A model generated the notes under the pieces. It searched no databases and was not told the DNA's origin. It saw only the letters and a program-made list of their open reading frames with translations. Source: Tubulanus polymorphus (lineage: Eukaryota; Animalia; Nemertea). Taken from it: 64,000 nt of DNA. The stretch lies in the NCBI RefSeq assembly GCF_964204645.1, contig NC_134027.1, positions 18,624,560 through 18,688,559 on the forward strand, read 5' to 3'. Below are positions 34,009-48,450 of the stretch, in pieces (position 1 is the first letter of the stretch; each line of letters opens with the position of its first letter). Position numbers and translations under genes: made by a program.

Positions 34009-35510
34009 ACAATCCGTAAGATTGGAACTTGATGATAACAACAATGATTCATTGTGAAGATTTCGAGAATGGTTGAGTTGTGAATATTAAAACAATGTAC
34101 AAACTATTTATTCAATGGACATGTGATATAGTTTACCAAGGATATGATATTGTCAGATAGATTTTAAAATCATTTATTTCAGCTTGTCCTGCAATTTTAG
34201 CCCACTTTGGGGCAAAGCCAAAGGGCTACATTGTATTGTATTCGTTGGTCCGTCTGTGGATGGAATTGAGATGTCGTCTTGATGTTTTGTTTATACATGA
34301 AAAATCTGTTTCACCAATCACAAGATAACCATCCTTGACCCTTTTTCGTGGCAAAAATAGGCCGTTTTTGGTCTAAATTCTGAGGCTTGTAGCTTCTTTA
34401 CGGTTTACCATCAAAATTTGTAATAGGTATACTAAGGGAAGGGATTATGTGACGATGATCGCATTGATGCAGTAATTTTACCAGTCCTTCTAGGCCGAGC
34501 CTTTCAATACAAATGGATCAAATTTGAATGTTATGGTTTTCAGATTAAAAGGCTTCCAGGTTGAACTCAACAACTGAGCATATATATTCGTACAAATTGT
34601 GCATTAAAGCATTTCCCCATTCTTCGATTCTTTAAATTTCATGAAAATTTGATTGCAAGAATATCAGTTCCCAAAAAGAGTGAAGTCTCCTCTCTGATCA
34701 GTTAGCTGCAGATCAGCAGGTGTTCATGTATAGGCGTGGTATAATTTGTGGTTGACTATTAAAATTTTAATATCTAGGTTACCTTATTAAGATCCCTGGG
34801 ATCCCACACATATTAACGTAGAGAGTTATGTACGGTCGATGTACAGTCAAGCCCACTTTAGTTGAAATCAACAGGCCAAGAGAATGATACAATACCTAAA
34901 TAATATGGGTTCTCCCCCAGATAATTTTGAAAAATTTAAAGGGCTGAGATGACATTTCCTGGGTTTTGGAAGAAAAAAATCCTGTTTTAATATGGGTACT
35001 TTTTTCCAAGGAATCAGCTAAGTCAAGTCTATCCATGAAATAAATAAAATGTTGTTAGAGGAAAAATGTTGACTACCGCATTAGCGGCAAGTGCGGTAGG
35101 CTAAATCCGCCACTGGGGACAGTAAGAAAGGCTTTTTCCCTAAATCTAACCTGGCATGGAGGCTGTAAATAAAGTTTTTAATGGCAAATAAATGGCTTGT
35201 TTTTGCTGATATATTTACGAATCGGGGAAAATCCAATACCTGATGGGGGATCAGGTGATCAGGTGATCAGTTATAATAACGCAATAAGTGATCTTAATAT
35301 CCATGAATGAATGATGACTTTCATTGGAAATCCCCATGCAAATCAGTTGATTGTGACATGTGATCACATTCATGAATGGAGTAGAAACACAAAAAAAACA
35401 TTAGTGCGTACAGTCAAACCTGCTTAAGCCGGATTGGCTTAATCCAGATTTTGGCCTAATCCAGACAATATTTGCAGTCCATTTGTTAACATACAAGGTA
35501 ATGACTTATA

Positions 35511-35762
35511 CAGGGTCCGATCTAAAGAATGAAAGCCACTTGCCCGGGGGCAAGCATATCTGAAATTTCGCTTGCCCCTCCAAAAGCTACTTGCCCTACA
35601 AAGGCAGTCCGATCGGTGGCACTATCATCCGTTGTATCGAGTGGGAAAAAAGTTTTTTGACAAAAAATTGCACTAGATCGGGGGTGATAAATGATAACCT
35701 ACTTGCCCTGATGAGAATATACTTGTCGTGAGCAATGGGACAAGTGCTTAGATCGGACCCGG
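35511..35762. mobile_element. hAT-like MITE with apparent 6-bp TSD
   Basis: CTTATA|CAGGGTCCGATCTAA...TTAGATCGGACCCGG|CTTATA; internal CTTGCCC repeats. Confidence 0.75.
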
Positions 35763-37365
35763 CTTATAATCCGGATTCCCACAAATATGACATAAACATA
35801 ATCCCTTTCCCTTTGCAGGATCTTGGTACTTATTTTGATTGACTACCATACCATACCATACATATATCTTGACAACCCTGCTCCCACCCACTTCAAAATG
35901 GCCATCATATTGTCTGACTTAACCAAATTATAAGTACACATGGCAAATATTTTCTACGAGACGCGACCTACGCTCAATCCTATCACCAACATGAGGGAAT
36001 TAATATCATTAATAAGAAAGTTTAGTTAGAGTTGAGTTTAGTTTAGTTATAAACCATGGTGTTCTCATCTATGAAGTACATAGAGCTTGAAATAAGAGGG
36101 GCAGATGTAGGGATGGTCTAGACTCCTGCCTACCCATTGAGATTGCCCGTTTCGTCGAAAAGAAAGATCATTAAAACCTGCAAATTTGAAACTCATCCTT
36201 GCAGAAATTGCATATTTTCTGATGTGTTTCTTCAAAAATATCTAATACCGTGTAGGGACCTTTGTGACGTATGACATAACTGCCATCTTAAAAGTCTTTT
36301 CTTCTGGACCCCTGCCTTCTAGATATCCCAGCCACTCAAAGGTGTATGTATATATACTTCTGCATCTGTGAACTGCATGTCACGGAGGTAAAAAACACTT
36401 CCAACTTAGATTGCATTAAATAATCAAATTGAATCGCTATTCTACTGCGATAAGTGATGATTTGATTGGAAAGAATTCAAATCAGTTTTTACTTTCCGAT
36501 CATTTATTGCCTTCGTCATTAGATTGTTAACTGTATTTGCCTGAATTTTCATTTGTTTTTAAAATCTTCACCTTATCTCTTTTCCTTTTAGTGTGGCTAG
36601 ATTGTATTTAATTATACTCAAAGGCTGTAAACTAATAAACACCTATGTTATGTATATTTATACGTATTTGTACAAAAATCATTATTGATGAAATGTTAAG
36701 GAAAAATATATCTGCTTTTAATTATACTAGTATTTTTCTGCTTTTAATTATACTAGTATTTTTCAATGATGTGAGACAAGATTGTTTCTTCCATCCCTCC
36801 TACCTGCAGGCCTTCTCTTTTCGCATAGGCCACATTCTGCTTGCAACTCAGCCAGCAGAAGATTGTAATGATAATGTTTACAGGAACACGTCTTTGAGTG
36901 AGGATACAACTCAGGCCGAAGCCCTTTACTTAGTAAGATGTAGGACATGCTCCTTACCAGATTCATCTATTCTTCACGAATCATGTCACTGTGAGTTCTT
37001 CGCTGTATCATTTATGTATTAACTAACTGTACCTATATCATCTTACTATTATATACCTATTTTTGTATGCCTTCACTGTAGCAGTAGAAAATCATGTGTA
37101 AATGCGAAAGTATGAATGTGTGGGTGAGGGTGAAGTGTGTATTTGGGTACCTGTTGCTACAAGTGAAAACTTTTAACAGGTTCACCCTGCTAATATATGT
37201 TTAAAAAAAAAAAATTATGTAATTTATATTTAATTCATGTTTATTAGCAAAAATAGAGAATGAATATATATTATGTACTGTGAAATTACAAAGTGTACCG
37301 AGTGACAATCTATCCGATGATACAAGACTTTTCCATAAACAATCAATAGTCTGATTCTACGAGTC

Positions 37366-37684
37366 TAAAAATTGACATATAACAAAACATAAAATTAGAT
37401 GTAACTGGTTTATTTGGTGTTTAGGAGTAGAATGTCTCGTGGTATAATAGATATGATATGTAAACATAATCATTTTGAAGTGACAGGCATCATAGATAAT
37501 TAATTAACGAGTTCAAGTATACATAAATAGATTAATCTTGGCCTATATTCAAATATCTAAGTTAACATAAATTAGAATGTACAAAATACATAGATGAAAA
37601 AGCAAAGACAACCTAAAAATTGACAAATAACAAAACGTATATAATTAGATGTGACTGGTTCATTTGGTGTCCAGGAGTAGAATG
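37366..37684. repeat. Direct repeat of ~70 bp, ~247 bp apart
   Basis: CTAAAAATTGACAWATAACAAAAC..AATTAGATGTRACTGGTTYATTTGGTGTYYAGGAGTAGAATG occurs twice. Confidence 0.75.
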
Positions 37685-38622
37685 ACCTAACTTGATCTAA
37701 ACCACAGGAAGATGATTTCAGGCCACTCCCCTAATGATCAGTCAAAATACTACCATACGATTGGCCAGTCTTAGTTTTGCAACAGTGTGAATTGACGCTA
37801 AATTGTTTGTTTTAATCATAGAGCCATAAAGTCTGTAGCCTTTGTCTACATGAAAAACTAGTTTTAGTCGATGGTTTTTATGAAAGCTATTTGCGCTTAT
37901 ATTCAATAAGTGTTGATAACATGTTTATGAGACTAGTGTATATTTTGCAAACAAGTTACTTAGACAACAAGAAACTTTGAATACTGAATAGTTCTACTAC
38001 TGCGCCATGAAGTAAAAGGCCCCTGGCCTTTTGTTCACTGATTTCTAGGACCAATATCACACCCGGTATCTAACTATTGACCCTAGCTTTCTCCGCAACT
38101 TTTGGTTACCAAGATGCACCGCCCTTAGTCAAAAACTCTCACAATGGGGTACTTGCATGGCTACCGTGGCAGGCGAGGATCCGCCAGGTTAGCTAGTAAA
38201 TCATTGGTCGTCCGCGTTTGATTTCTTCTACATTTCAATTATTAAATCTAAATGAACTTTTCTCTTAAACGAATCAATTATTTATGAAAACTTTACGAAG
38301 TAGAGGAATGAAAGTATTGTATATTTGGGGGTGTTGTGATAATATATGGATTGAGGAGTCTAAAAATCCAGTTCAATGTTCATAGAAAATGAACTAATTT
38401 TGAGAATGAACGACCTACTGCTTGTCACACCACCTGGCGGGATAGCTGGTTTTGCGGGTACCCCAGTCTTACTGATAAAAAAATCAGACAAGTAGGTTTC
38501 ATGTAAAAAAAGGTGCAATGTATGTCGAACCAAGGTACAGTTTCATCAAAAATTGTGAAAACTGCACAATTTTGTTGAAAAATTTCGTATTTGATGGAAA
38601 CCGAAATTTTTTTGATTGACAG

Positions 38623-38870
38623 TATGGTACTGCTTAGAATTAACTGAACATCGTTAACGTTTACTTCACGTTTCGTTTACGTTTAAAACGGATAATGATT
38701 GGTGTTTTGGAAAGAAATTTAACACGTACCATACATCGTTGTATCGGTTTTAAAACGCGTTTTAATCGCATGTACGATGCATTTCAAATGGAACGATAAA
38801 CGAGAACGTAAAGCGTTCAACAAGCAAACGATGCGCAATTCACGTTACGTTAATTCTAAGCTGTACCATA
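38623..38870. mobile_element. MITE with TATGGTAC(W)GCTTAGAATTAAC TIR
   Basis: TATGGTACTGCTTAGAATTAAC ... GTTAATTCTAAGCTGTACCATA; internal AACG/CGTT-rich quasi-palindrome; TSD unclear. Confidence 0.7.
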
Positions 38871-40294
38871 TACTTCCAGAATGAAAACTTGAATGATTTT
38901 AGTTGGACCTAACTGAATAATTTGATAAATTTCACACTGGACAAATGACCATCAGTTATATGAGACAGATTTTCCATTCGCCGGAATTTCGTTGGAACAA
39001 AGTTCCACTGAAGAAAGTATAATGCCAAGTACAAAATCATATCAGGTCTAGACCACAGATATGAGAACGTGTCAACAGGCTCGTTACTTCTTTATTAATT
39101 TCTTTGATAAAATGGAGGATTTAAATCCGGAGACATAGAAAATGAACAAAAAAATGGACAGTCAAAAGGAACAGCTACGTATGTCTAATAGTTGATTGGG
39201 CACATGAACCGCATGTCGATGAGAAAAATGCCTTGATTTCAATCGTCAACAAGAAAATATATACAATGGAACCCTGTTACAGCAAACTTCACGGGACCAG
39301 AAGATATATTTGTTATAACCGATAGTTTGTTATATCCAGTATGAAAATAATTAAATTGTCTTATTTGGGACGAAATTCTATATTTGTTACATGTGATGAA
39401 TCACTGTATCTGAGTTCGTTATAATGAGGATATACACTTAAAGATTTGTGGATGATAATAACGCATAAAATCGGATAAAATGTTCATTTTATTAGCATAT
39501 ATACCGCCCTCCCATATACCACCATCCCCACCTACCTCCAGGTTTTTTCAATGTACATCTCTATACAAATAAATAGTAAAACACCCCCGATATACAGCCA
39601 CAATATTTTTGCACTGATGTGGGCGGTATATCAAGGGTTGACTGTAATACTTGAAGGTAGGAATAGTATCAACTTAAACCTAGATGTATATTTTCAATCT
39701 GAAACAATAGCACTGATCACACGGAGCAATTTGGCCCAAGGGCAAACCGGCCCATGTTCTCGTTAACACATTCTATCACTTACTTTAAAGCTATCAAAAT
39801 GATGCTGTGGCAAGCATAATGAATGCATTCAAATTCAAGGTTGTTGAGGTAATGTTACAAAAACCATGCATTCTTTATTTTTCTAATTCCAATTTAGCCC
39901 ATTAGGCATGAAAAAATAGTCTTTGTTTACGGTTTCCTGGCTGACCCATCAAAAGTGCTGACTTATGGAACTTTTATGGAAAATTTTGTAAGATAAAAAT
40001 TAATCTGCTAATTTGAATACAATTGTATCTGAAAATATAAAATTATCTTTGGTGTTTTGTTCTATATCGCAACATTTTCATAAGACACCAGTGTTCTCCC
40101 CACACTCATCAATAAACATGTGCTTAGTGCATTTATTCCTTCCCACACATAAATCTGCAGCTAAAGCACCTACCTGCCAATCGATTGGATCAACCCCCAG
40201 CTCATCAACTCAATTTTACATAAAATAGTTAGGACAAAATTCTTTTAAATAGTGCTTAACTTTCTCGTCCATTCACCTTCATTCGATGTGTTTC

Positions 40295-40546
40295 ACTCAG
40301 GTCGACTACGACTATATTTTCGCCGAGTCTCAAAGTCTTGTAACGCAAAACTCATTGCTGATTGGCTATGACGATCGGATCAAAGAAAATAGAACTTGTT
40401 CTATCCTTGAGATTCAGCTTACCATTGGTCTGCCATCAATCAACGCAGTCATAAGTGCACCAAAAAGGTGCTGCCGATTATACTAAGTCGCCAACTCGCC
40501 TCATTCCGATCAAATGATCCGATCAAGTCGTAAGTCGACCTGAGCT
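40295..40546. mobile_element. Small MITE
   Basis: CTCAGGTCGACTACGACT ... AGTCGTAAGTCGACCTGAG inverted ends. Confidence 0.6.
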
Positions 40547-40811
40547 TAGCATTCTTGCGGTTACAAAATATGCATAGGTACCAATATAAATAGAAAATTG
40601 TATATAATTCAATATTTAACTCCCCTGGTAGCAAGAACTGAGAATTGGGTGATTCCAATCCATGTGAGGAGATATATCTTATGACAGTGCTAATGATAAT
40701 CAAATATCAAGACTTTAAGTTAAACCTGTTGATATTTTCCTATAAAAACTTTTTTCCATCAACGAATGAGTACTGTTCAAGTTGAATATCGAATTACATA
40801 CAATCTATTCT

Positions 40812-42045
40812 CAGGGTTCATTGTCTCAAGCTCAGGTGAAATTCAAGCCATTTCAAGCTAGATTTATACCATTTTCAAGCTATTTTTTAAGGCACGTTTG
40901 AAGCAATTTTCGATAGTCGCAGCCAATTTGCCTATTTTTAACAGGTTCGTATAAAAATGTTAAAAAAGAGGTAAAATTTTTATTCCAGTGGAACCTCCGA
41001 GTTGATACGATTCTGTTAGAGATGAAACCCGTTTATCACAATGATTTTCAGCATTTCCTAGCTTAAATATTCATATCAATCAAGATTTGGATATTAGGCC
41101 ATCCCAAATTAATTGTCTGTTTTGCCGTTACACCCACTAAAATTTTTGGGATTAGTCAGTAGGAAGGTAGAATCATTTTTTTTTTGCAAAATTTTGGGGC
41201 AAAAAGAAAAACAACAAATTTATCATCACCTCTTTTAGTTGAAACAATATCCTAAATCTGTGTTCAAAATGAAACATTAGATTGAATATATGCACGCTAT
41301 AACATTACCAGCTTTAATATAGTCACTAAGAATGAATGGCATCTTATTGGAACACTGCCAGTTTCCTGGAAAACTTCAACTATAGTCGAGGCATGTTTTC
41401 ACACGATGCACACTTAACTTCAAACATACGTAGCTCATACATCAGCAGTGGGTCGGCCATTTGTATCAAAAATAAAATTTATTTCAATGAATCCAAGAAA
41501 AAAGTTTCCACTCGGTACCTTTGAAGTCGGGTCGGTCGGGTGACGGCAAACAGACCTTTATTTTTGGAAGGCCAAATACGAAATTTGTAATGTTCAATGA
41601 CTTTGACTAGGTCGCGGTGCCTTCAATATGGCTCTCACACCGGGTGTGGGATTTCAATGCCATTTTACATCAATGCTCGATAACATGCATGACTGAAATT
41701 TCCCCATATGTTCAAGTCTCCAGACACCGGAGAGTTTCACCACAAGTCGCAGTGCAAGCGAGTCTCGCGATTCAATACAATTCAATTAATTTCTTTATGG
41801 ATGCCTAAAACATGATGCACGCGTAGAAACAACTCAAGAACATATTCTGTCTGCGATTTCATCGAAAAAAATTCGTGAAGAAGAAAATTTGTGATAATCA
41901 AGCATTTCAAGCCATATCTTTTTATTTCAAGTCAAAAATAATTATTTCAAGCTTTCGATCTATTTTCAAGCTGTTTTCAAGCGCTTGAGTAGTATTTCTC
42001 AAATTCAAGCCATTTCGAGCTTTTCAAGCACCGCGACGAACCCTG
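40812..42045. mobile_element. hAT-like non-autonomous element with TTCAAGC subterminal repeats, carrying a family Y MITE
   Basis: TATTCT|CAGGGTTC...GAACCCTG|TATTCA; many TTTCAAGC motifs at both ends. Confidence 0.68.
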
Positions 42046-43027
42046 TATTCATTTATACTGATAGCATATTTTGTAACCAAAATCAATTGCAAAATTGTAG
42101 CTCATGATATGTTCTAATTGTGGTGAGATTCCAGGTAATTGATAACTGTATTTGATCCCGTGGGCATTGATTAAAGAAATTATGAAGCCAAGTTTACCAA
42201 GTGGGTATGGTCTCCCTGGACCCCTAGTTTTATGATTTTCTGGGCTGAATCTACAATCATTCATATTTCAACATTTTTTAAGTTGATTACACTGCAGGTG
42301 GTGAGTGTACAGCAGTCTAAACACAACATAAACCAGATACTGACAATATACACCAAAAGCAGGCAAAACCGTAAAGTTTCCAGTGTTTCCATAAGTGTGT
42401 TGGTAAATCGAATAAGATGAGAAATCAGTCTGATACACAGGAATTATGACATATGTGACTTCTGATGACTCCATTGAAGTGTCATTAAATTTTCTTTTAG
42501 GTTTGAATCCCAATAATACTGATCTGATTTCAGCACTACATATATATCTATCGGATTGATGAAGTAGTATATATATACAACTAAAATGAGATGAAAAATG
42601 ATATATTATACATTTAATAATCAGAATATTCACACTTGATTCCTTCGGCACAATTTTATAATATATACAGTATCCATAAATAAAGAATTACATTGATTTA
42701 TGCTTTATCAATAATGTGAAATTTTCTTTTATGGTCTTAGCTTTTACCTCAGAAGTCGCCTACCTTAGACAAAATTTCACGGTCCTGTAAGATCTGAGGT
42801 AAGCAAGGTCAACAGTCTACAGTATTTGGCACATGTGAGCGATTTGCCCAGCCCAAATTAATATTTGGCCCAGGTCAAAAATGCTTGTGTGATTGCAACT
42901 TATTTTCATCATTTATCAATGGATGAGACGGTAGATTTACTTCAATTTGTCTATAAAAGCCAAGACACAATACATTAATTTTTGTTCAAAGTTTTTCTGT
43001 ATTCCAAAAATTTCCATTTTTACTGGA

Positions 43028-43298
43028 TCAACTAGATATCTTTCGGCATTGATGACACAGTTTATCTAATGGATACCTAACCACTGCTGCACTTAGATTG
43101 TAACGACTGGTTGTCATTGGTGATACTGTCTGCCACTGTTTGTTGTTAGGGTGATATTTTTCAACAGTGTTCGTATCGTTTTTACCATCAAATCCTCCGA
43201 TAGCAAATAAACAACTATGGTATGATACGAGACTAAATCCTCTTCTCGGGTTTAATAATGCTGGCAATATCGTCCACTGATTTGTCGCTGGGCAATAA
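43028..43298 (-). CDS. Kelch-like (BTB-BACK-Kelch) gene, last coding exon (blades 5-6)
   Basis: tag|(C)YCPATNQWTILPALLNPRRGFSLVSYHSCLFAIGGFDG...VEKYHPNNKQWQTVSPMTTSRYNLSAAVV...*; phase 2 matches the upstream exon. Confidence 0.93.
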
Positions 43299-43779
43299 CT
43301 ACAAAAAAATAATCAATTAAATTTCCATTAAGACATACTTTTGCAAGTCTCACCTTTGCAAAAATGTTGTACCATACGTAGACTCAGCATACCTCGAATT
43401 TCTTGGGACGGACTTACTTTGTTGGAGATATTCTGGTTGGATTTTAAAGATCAAGTATAGCCCACTCATCAAAATGCTTATTATGAACTTGTTCAATTAA
43501 TACCAAACCCATAATCCAGCAAAAATGTTATTTCTTCGATGAACAATGAACTCGAATAAATATATGGGTTTGAAAAATAAATGGCACGTGGGTGAATTTC
43601 AAAGCGTGCGCCACTTTGCTATGTGCATGAGTTTTTCCTACTCGATGCCAACCGAATTCATGATTAAGTACCGTATTGGTATCGTCATTATTTTCATAAT
43701 ATATAACTGTTATCATTTCAATATAATCAAGATATGACACAATTTTAGTGGGTCTATTGTTATGGCTTTGCACCAAAAT

Positions 43780-44630
43780 AAAACAAGAGGCCCACGGGTC
43801 TTGTACCTTCATGACGCAGTAGAAGAAGAATGATTCAGTATTCAAAGTTTTACAGAATGATTTACATTGTAACGATGTAACAAGTTTTAAAATAGTTAAG
43901 AGGTATAGGCTATGTGGCGATAATGTTCATTTTCTGTTAATATATCCTTAAGACAAACCCAATTTAGCTGCCCCAAAGAAAAAAGCTGCTACATGAAAAA
44001 ATGCATCAAGAATTGGTGTAGGCATCGTGCTGAAAAGAAATCCAAGATGGATGGCAACCCTGGTGGCCATACTCAATTTTCAATAAGGGGTAGACATTTC
44101 ACCTACCAAAATTCTTACACCTAGTATCATGAAAATGCATCAAGAATTGCAGGCCGTTTCGTGCTAGAAATTCAAGATGGCTGACCTGGCGGCCATGTTT
44201 GATGACCCCTTATAAAAAAGGCATGTGTGACCGGCTGGTTTTTGTATCGGCAGGCTGGCTGGGGAACTAGCATTTACACTAGCGGTACAGGATTCCATCC
44301 ATCAAGAACAACAAGGCAGTTAAACCTTATATGTACAATCTTTATTGCATCCCGGAATGAGAATCATTATCATAGCTTTACATAGGCTTTATATACAGAA
44401 TCATGAGTATAATGTGAGAACTAGGTGTCAGCCAAGTTGTAGACATCAGGACTCACAAACAAACACCTAGTGACATGTTTGAGAGACATTAATTAATTAT
44501 CGATGAGCACTGACTATAGCTAATTATTGTGAAAACATATTGAGTAATGTCACATGTTGATTACGACCTTAAAGCACATATTGACACTATAGTCATAAGT
44601 TATATTATATTATTATTATTATTATTATTA

Positions 44631-44673
<43 letters not shown>

Positions 44674-44945
44674 CATTATTATTATTATTATTATCATTAT
44701 TAATATGTAGTAGAGCTATGAAATGTTATGAACTGTTCGATATGACATTGTAGATCTATATGATTACGAAATATGCAAATTATATCAGGGTGACACATGG
44801 ACAGCTTGACCCTGATCCTCGCACCAAATTTTGTGGAAATCCATCAAGAATTGCGGGCTGCATCGTGCAAACAAGAAATTCAAGATAGCCACCCCAATGG
44901 CAGCCATATTTGATCACCAATGACATTTTTTTACAATAGGGGTGT
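43780..44945 (-). mobile_element. HINE-like family C copy with ~120-bp internal tandem units (second copy 54062-55700)
   Basis: Begins AACAAGAGGCCCACGGG(T/C)C (3' hairpin on -); near-identical to 54062 onward; unit CATCAAGAATT...AGAAATTCAAGATGGC. Confidence 0.7.
44226..44795 (-). mobile_element. Solo LTR (TG...CA, 4-bp TSD; Gypsy-like) containing a (TTA)n microsatellite at ~44600-44701
   Basis: CATG|TGTGACC...GGGTGACA|CATG; absent from the paralogous site at ~55493; TATA-like and AATAAA motifs on -; related pieces at 51242-51460 and ~56820-56974 (+). Confidence 0.8.
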
Positions 44946-45349
44946 TTTTCATTAGGCGTTTTTCGAGTACCGGCACCTGAGGCGTTAAAAAAGCAAAAAA
45001 TCCTTTTGTCTGAATCTCAGGAATAACATACCACTTTTAGTATTTATTGCAATTTGAACATTCCCTGTTTAGAATGTGATGGTTATTGAGTCATGTTTTT
45101 GAGCCGTTCTTTAGCCCTTTTCTGAATTTTTGGTAATTCAACGTGCTCTTTTTTACAATTTAATGTGTCTTTCAGGAATTCTTTTCAATTTGAACGTGCT
45201 TGTTATAGAATATATGATACTCATTGAGTAATGCCCTTCAGAGCACTTCAGTAATATGATTGAATGCACCCTCATTTTGGAGATAAATTCTGCCCTTAAC
45301 AGGATTTTTCAAACTATTTTTTGGAGCCCTTATCTAAATTTTTTGGCAA

Positions 45350-45510
45350 ATTAATGTGCCCTTTTTGACAATATAACGTATCCTTTTTTGCAATATAATG
45401 TGCCCTTTTTGACAATATAACGTGCCCTTTTTGGCAATTGATTCAATATAACGTGCTCTTTTTGGCAATTGATTCAATATAACGTGCCATTTTTGGCAAT
45501 TGATTCAATA
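45350..45510. repeat. Minisatellite, 23-31-bp units
   Basis: Repeated CAATATAACGTGCCCTTTTTG(G/A) motif. Confidence 0.75.
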
Positions 45511-46411
45511 TATTAGTGGGTTAATATAGCCACTACGAATAAATGGCAGCTTATGGGAACACTGCCAGATTCCTGGAAAACTTAAACTAGGCCATAGTCG
45601 AGGCATGTTTTCACACGATGCACACCTGACTTAAAAGATACGTAGCTCATACATGGCAGTGGGTCAGTCGGTCGGCTGTCTTTATCAAAAAATAAAATTC
45701 ATTTCAATGAATCCCATAAAAAGTTTTCACTCATTACTTTTGAAGTCAGGTCGATCAGGTTACGGTAAACAGACCATCATTTTGGGATGGCCTGATAAAG
45801 ATAAAAATTGAGATCGTTCTTGTTTATTATGTCTGGGTAATCCATGTGTCAATCACAGATGCACGCTTTATAGAAATAGCAGCCGTGGCATGTTATAAGT
45901 GGCCCTAGCAAATGGCATTTCAGATTTCAACATGTTGTCAGAGCAGTTATTTTCTTGGTTTAAATAGATCAGATTGCGTCTGAGAGCATGAGAAAATTCA
46001 AAAATTTTTCTGGTGCTCGCAGGGCTGGCAAACATGGGTATTCATTTTTTTCTTTGAATAAATCGTTTTAGAATTTCGTATAAAAATTTGTGATACAAAA
46101 TCCTATGAGAGATACAATTTTTGGAATAGGCCTAAAACTAAGAAGTTGAAGGATTTTGTACCCTCAAAAATAGATTTTGGATTTTGAGGGGCTGTAGGAA
46201 CCCTATCTTTCATTAAAAACAAAAGCTATTATGGGCTACGCTTGATCTTCGAATAATGTGATTCGAAAATTATTTGCTTGATCGAAATAGTCCAAAAACA
46301 ACATTATGCACTATTTCAAGGTACGTGGAGTCTACTCTGGAGTCTGCAACTGAAGTTTGTATCAGGTGTGAACACCACTATGAAACGTATTTGAGACTGT
46401 TAACAGCTTAC

Positions 46412-46595
46412 CATTCGGCTGACTGTAAAGTTACTTCATTTTCACCTCCGCTAACATAAATCAAACCATTAAGACTGACAGCACCAAAATTTGCTCGAGC
46501 CGTTAACATTTCACGAACTGTCCGTAAATTATTTGATTGTGGGTGGAATCTTTCTACACTGTTTAAATATTCATTACTTTCTGCCAAAGGCCCTC
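46412..46595 (-). CDS. Kelch-like gene coding exon (blades 4-5)
   Basis: tag|(G)GPLAESNEYLNSVERFHPQ...ARANFGAVSLNGLIYVSGGENEVTLQSAE+TG|gtaagc; 184 nt, phase 1/2. Confidence 0.92.
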
Positions 46596-46719
46596 CTATG
46601 AAATAAAAAATATAACACCCAAAATGAAACATAATACATGATGCTAATTTCATTTAAGCCGACTTGTGGGGGTGTTGTGTTCAACTTTTGTTCAAGCCTC
46701 CATTTTCAGTATTTGATGG

Positions 46720-47455
46720 CTGATAACCTCTATTTTGAGAAAGGGTGGACATCCACCTACCCCAATCCTCACACTGAATTACATGAAAATCCATCAAGAA
46801 TTGTAGGCCATATCCTGCAAACAAGAAAGTTGAGATGGCCAATAGGGGAAGGAGCTTAGCTGCCTCAATTTTTACACCAAGTTTCATGAAAATCTATCAA
46901 GAATTACAGGATGTATCACGCTGGCAAGAAATTCAAGATGGCTGTCCTGACATCCATATTTGATGGCCGATGACCTCTATTTTCAAGAGGGGTGGACATC
47001 TGACCTGCACTAATCCTCACACTGATTTTCATGAAGATCCATAAAGAATTGAAGGCTGTATCGTGCCAACAAGAAATTCAAGATGGCCACCCTGGTGGCT
47101 ATGTTTGAAGGCCCATGACTTCCATTTTCATCAGGGGTGAACAGCCCTTACCCTAAACCAAGTTTCATGTAAATCCACCAAGATTTATAGGTTGTATTCC
47201 TCTAACAATTAAGATTCTAGAAGGCTGCCCTGGCAGCCTTGTTTGATGACCGACTACCTCAATTTTCGATAGGGGTGCATATCTCACACATGTCCATCCT
47301 AACCCACCCACTTATTTTCATGAAAAATCCACCAAGAATTCTAGAATACATTGGCGTAACAAGAAATACAAGATGGCTGCCCTGGTGGCTATATTTGATT
47401 GCTGACAAGCTCCATTTTCAATAGGGGTGAACATCTCACTAGCCCCAATCTTACA
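46720..47455. repeat. Tandem array of ~6 diverged ~120-140-bp units (same unit as family C)
   Basis: Repeated AGGGGTGGACATC..TTTCATGAAAATCCATCAAGAATT..AAGAAATTCAAGATGGC. Confidence 0.8.
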
Positions 47456-47504
47456 TTAACAGGGATGAGAACGCCGACCTATAAAATCCGCGATATTTTT
47501 TCTT

Positions 47505-47860
47505 TTAACCAAATTTTTCTTAAGCTGATGGGCCCTTGGGGGATAAAAATACATGAGAAAGATCAAGATATTTGATTGAAGCATTTTCAAAATTTGCCTT
47601 GAAAACTTCAAAAATGTGTAAAAAGAGCTGATCTGGCGAACAACAATGGCCACAAGTCGGCCCTCTTGATTCTGACTGGGCCAGTTTTTGGGCTGAAGAT
47701 ATGTCTAGGGTAGATACATGTGTAAACCGCACATCACGATGCACATCACGATAATCGATTGAAGCGTCTTCAAAACTTCCCAAAATAACTGGATTCGTTC
47801 TACGGATGGACGGTCCACCGAACGAAAAGCAAATACTCAAGTCGCAAATGGGTTAAAAAT
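47505..47860 (-). mobile_element. HINE family B 5' fragment
   Basis: Reverse complement of the HINE B 5' region (GGGCTGAAGATATGTCTAGGGTAGATACATG, CTTCAAAACTTCCCAAAATAACTGGATT). Confidence 0.75.
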
Positions 47861-48156
47861 TGAGGCTATCAGATATAAGATGGCCATTTTGGGTTGCTTA
47901 ATAACATTCAAGAACTGAAAAAATTCAAAATAGCTTAGGGCCAACCAGGAGTTTTCACTAGCATGTTTCCAAGTCTAACAAAGTATTCAATGAATACAGG
48001 TAGACCTTATTGCTTTGAATTGAAGTATTATTCAATCCACTTGATTTTAAATAAATAATTTTCAAAAAGATTTTACAGGTGTTGTAAAAATTCAATAAAA
48101 CTGGCATAGGAATTTACAATTGGTTCCAAGCTCTGATATATCCAGAAAATACATAC

Positions 48157-48450
48157 CCGCTCCACCAAAGATGTAAATGAACTCGCCAAGACTAACAGAA
48201 CAGTGCTGCCCCCTATGATGCATCATGCTGGGTTTCGAACACCACGTGTCACATCGTAGGTCGAAAACATCTATTTTATTAAGATATAATGAGCGATCAC
48301 AACCCCCGCTGATATATATCTGGTAATCATGAATCGTTGCAGACATTCCGTGTCGGGTGTGAGGGAGTTTAATTGGTAAAACATGCCACGAGTTACTGTG
48401 CGAATTGTAAAATTCTACAGAATCCTGCAGTTCCCAACAGTTCACACCTC
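48157..48450 (-). CDS. Kelch-like gene coding exon (blades 2-4)
   Basis: tag|(G)GVNCWELQDSVEFYNSHSNSW...IYISGG...WCSKPSMMHHRGQHCSVSLGEFIYIFGGA+G|gtatgt; 294 nt, phase 1/1. Confidence 0.93.

Noticed and set aside
36645-37022. 125-aa ORF between IST1 and the Kelch gene
   Set aside because: No motifs, includes a 26-bp local duplication and has no supported splice partners; probably UTR or intergenic.
44547-44753. ORF with a poly-Leu 'transmembrane' stretch
   Set aside because: Translation of a (TTA)n microsatellite inside a solo LTR.
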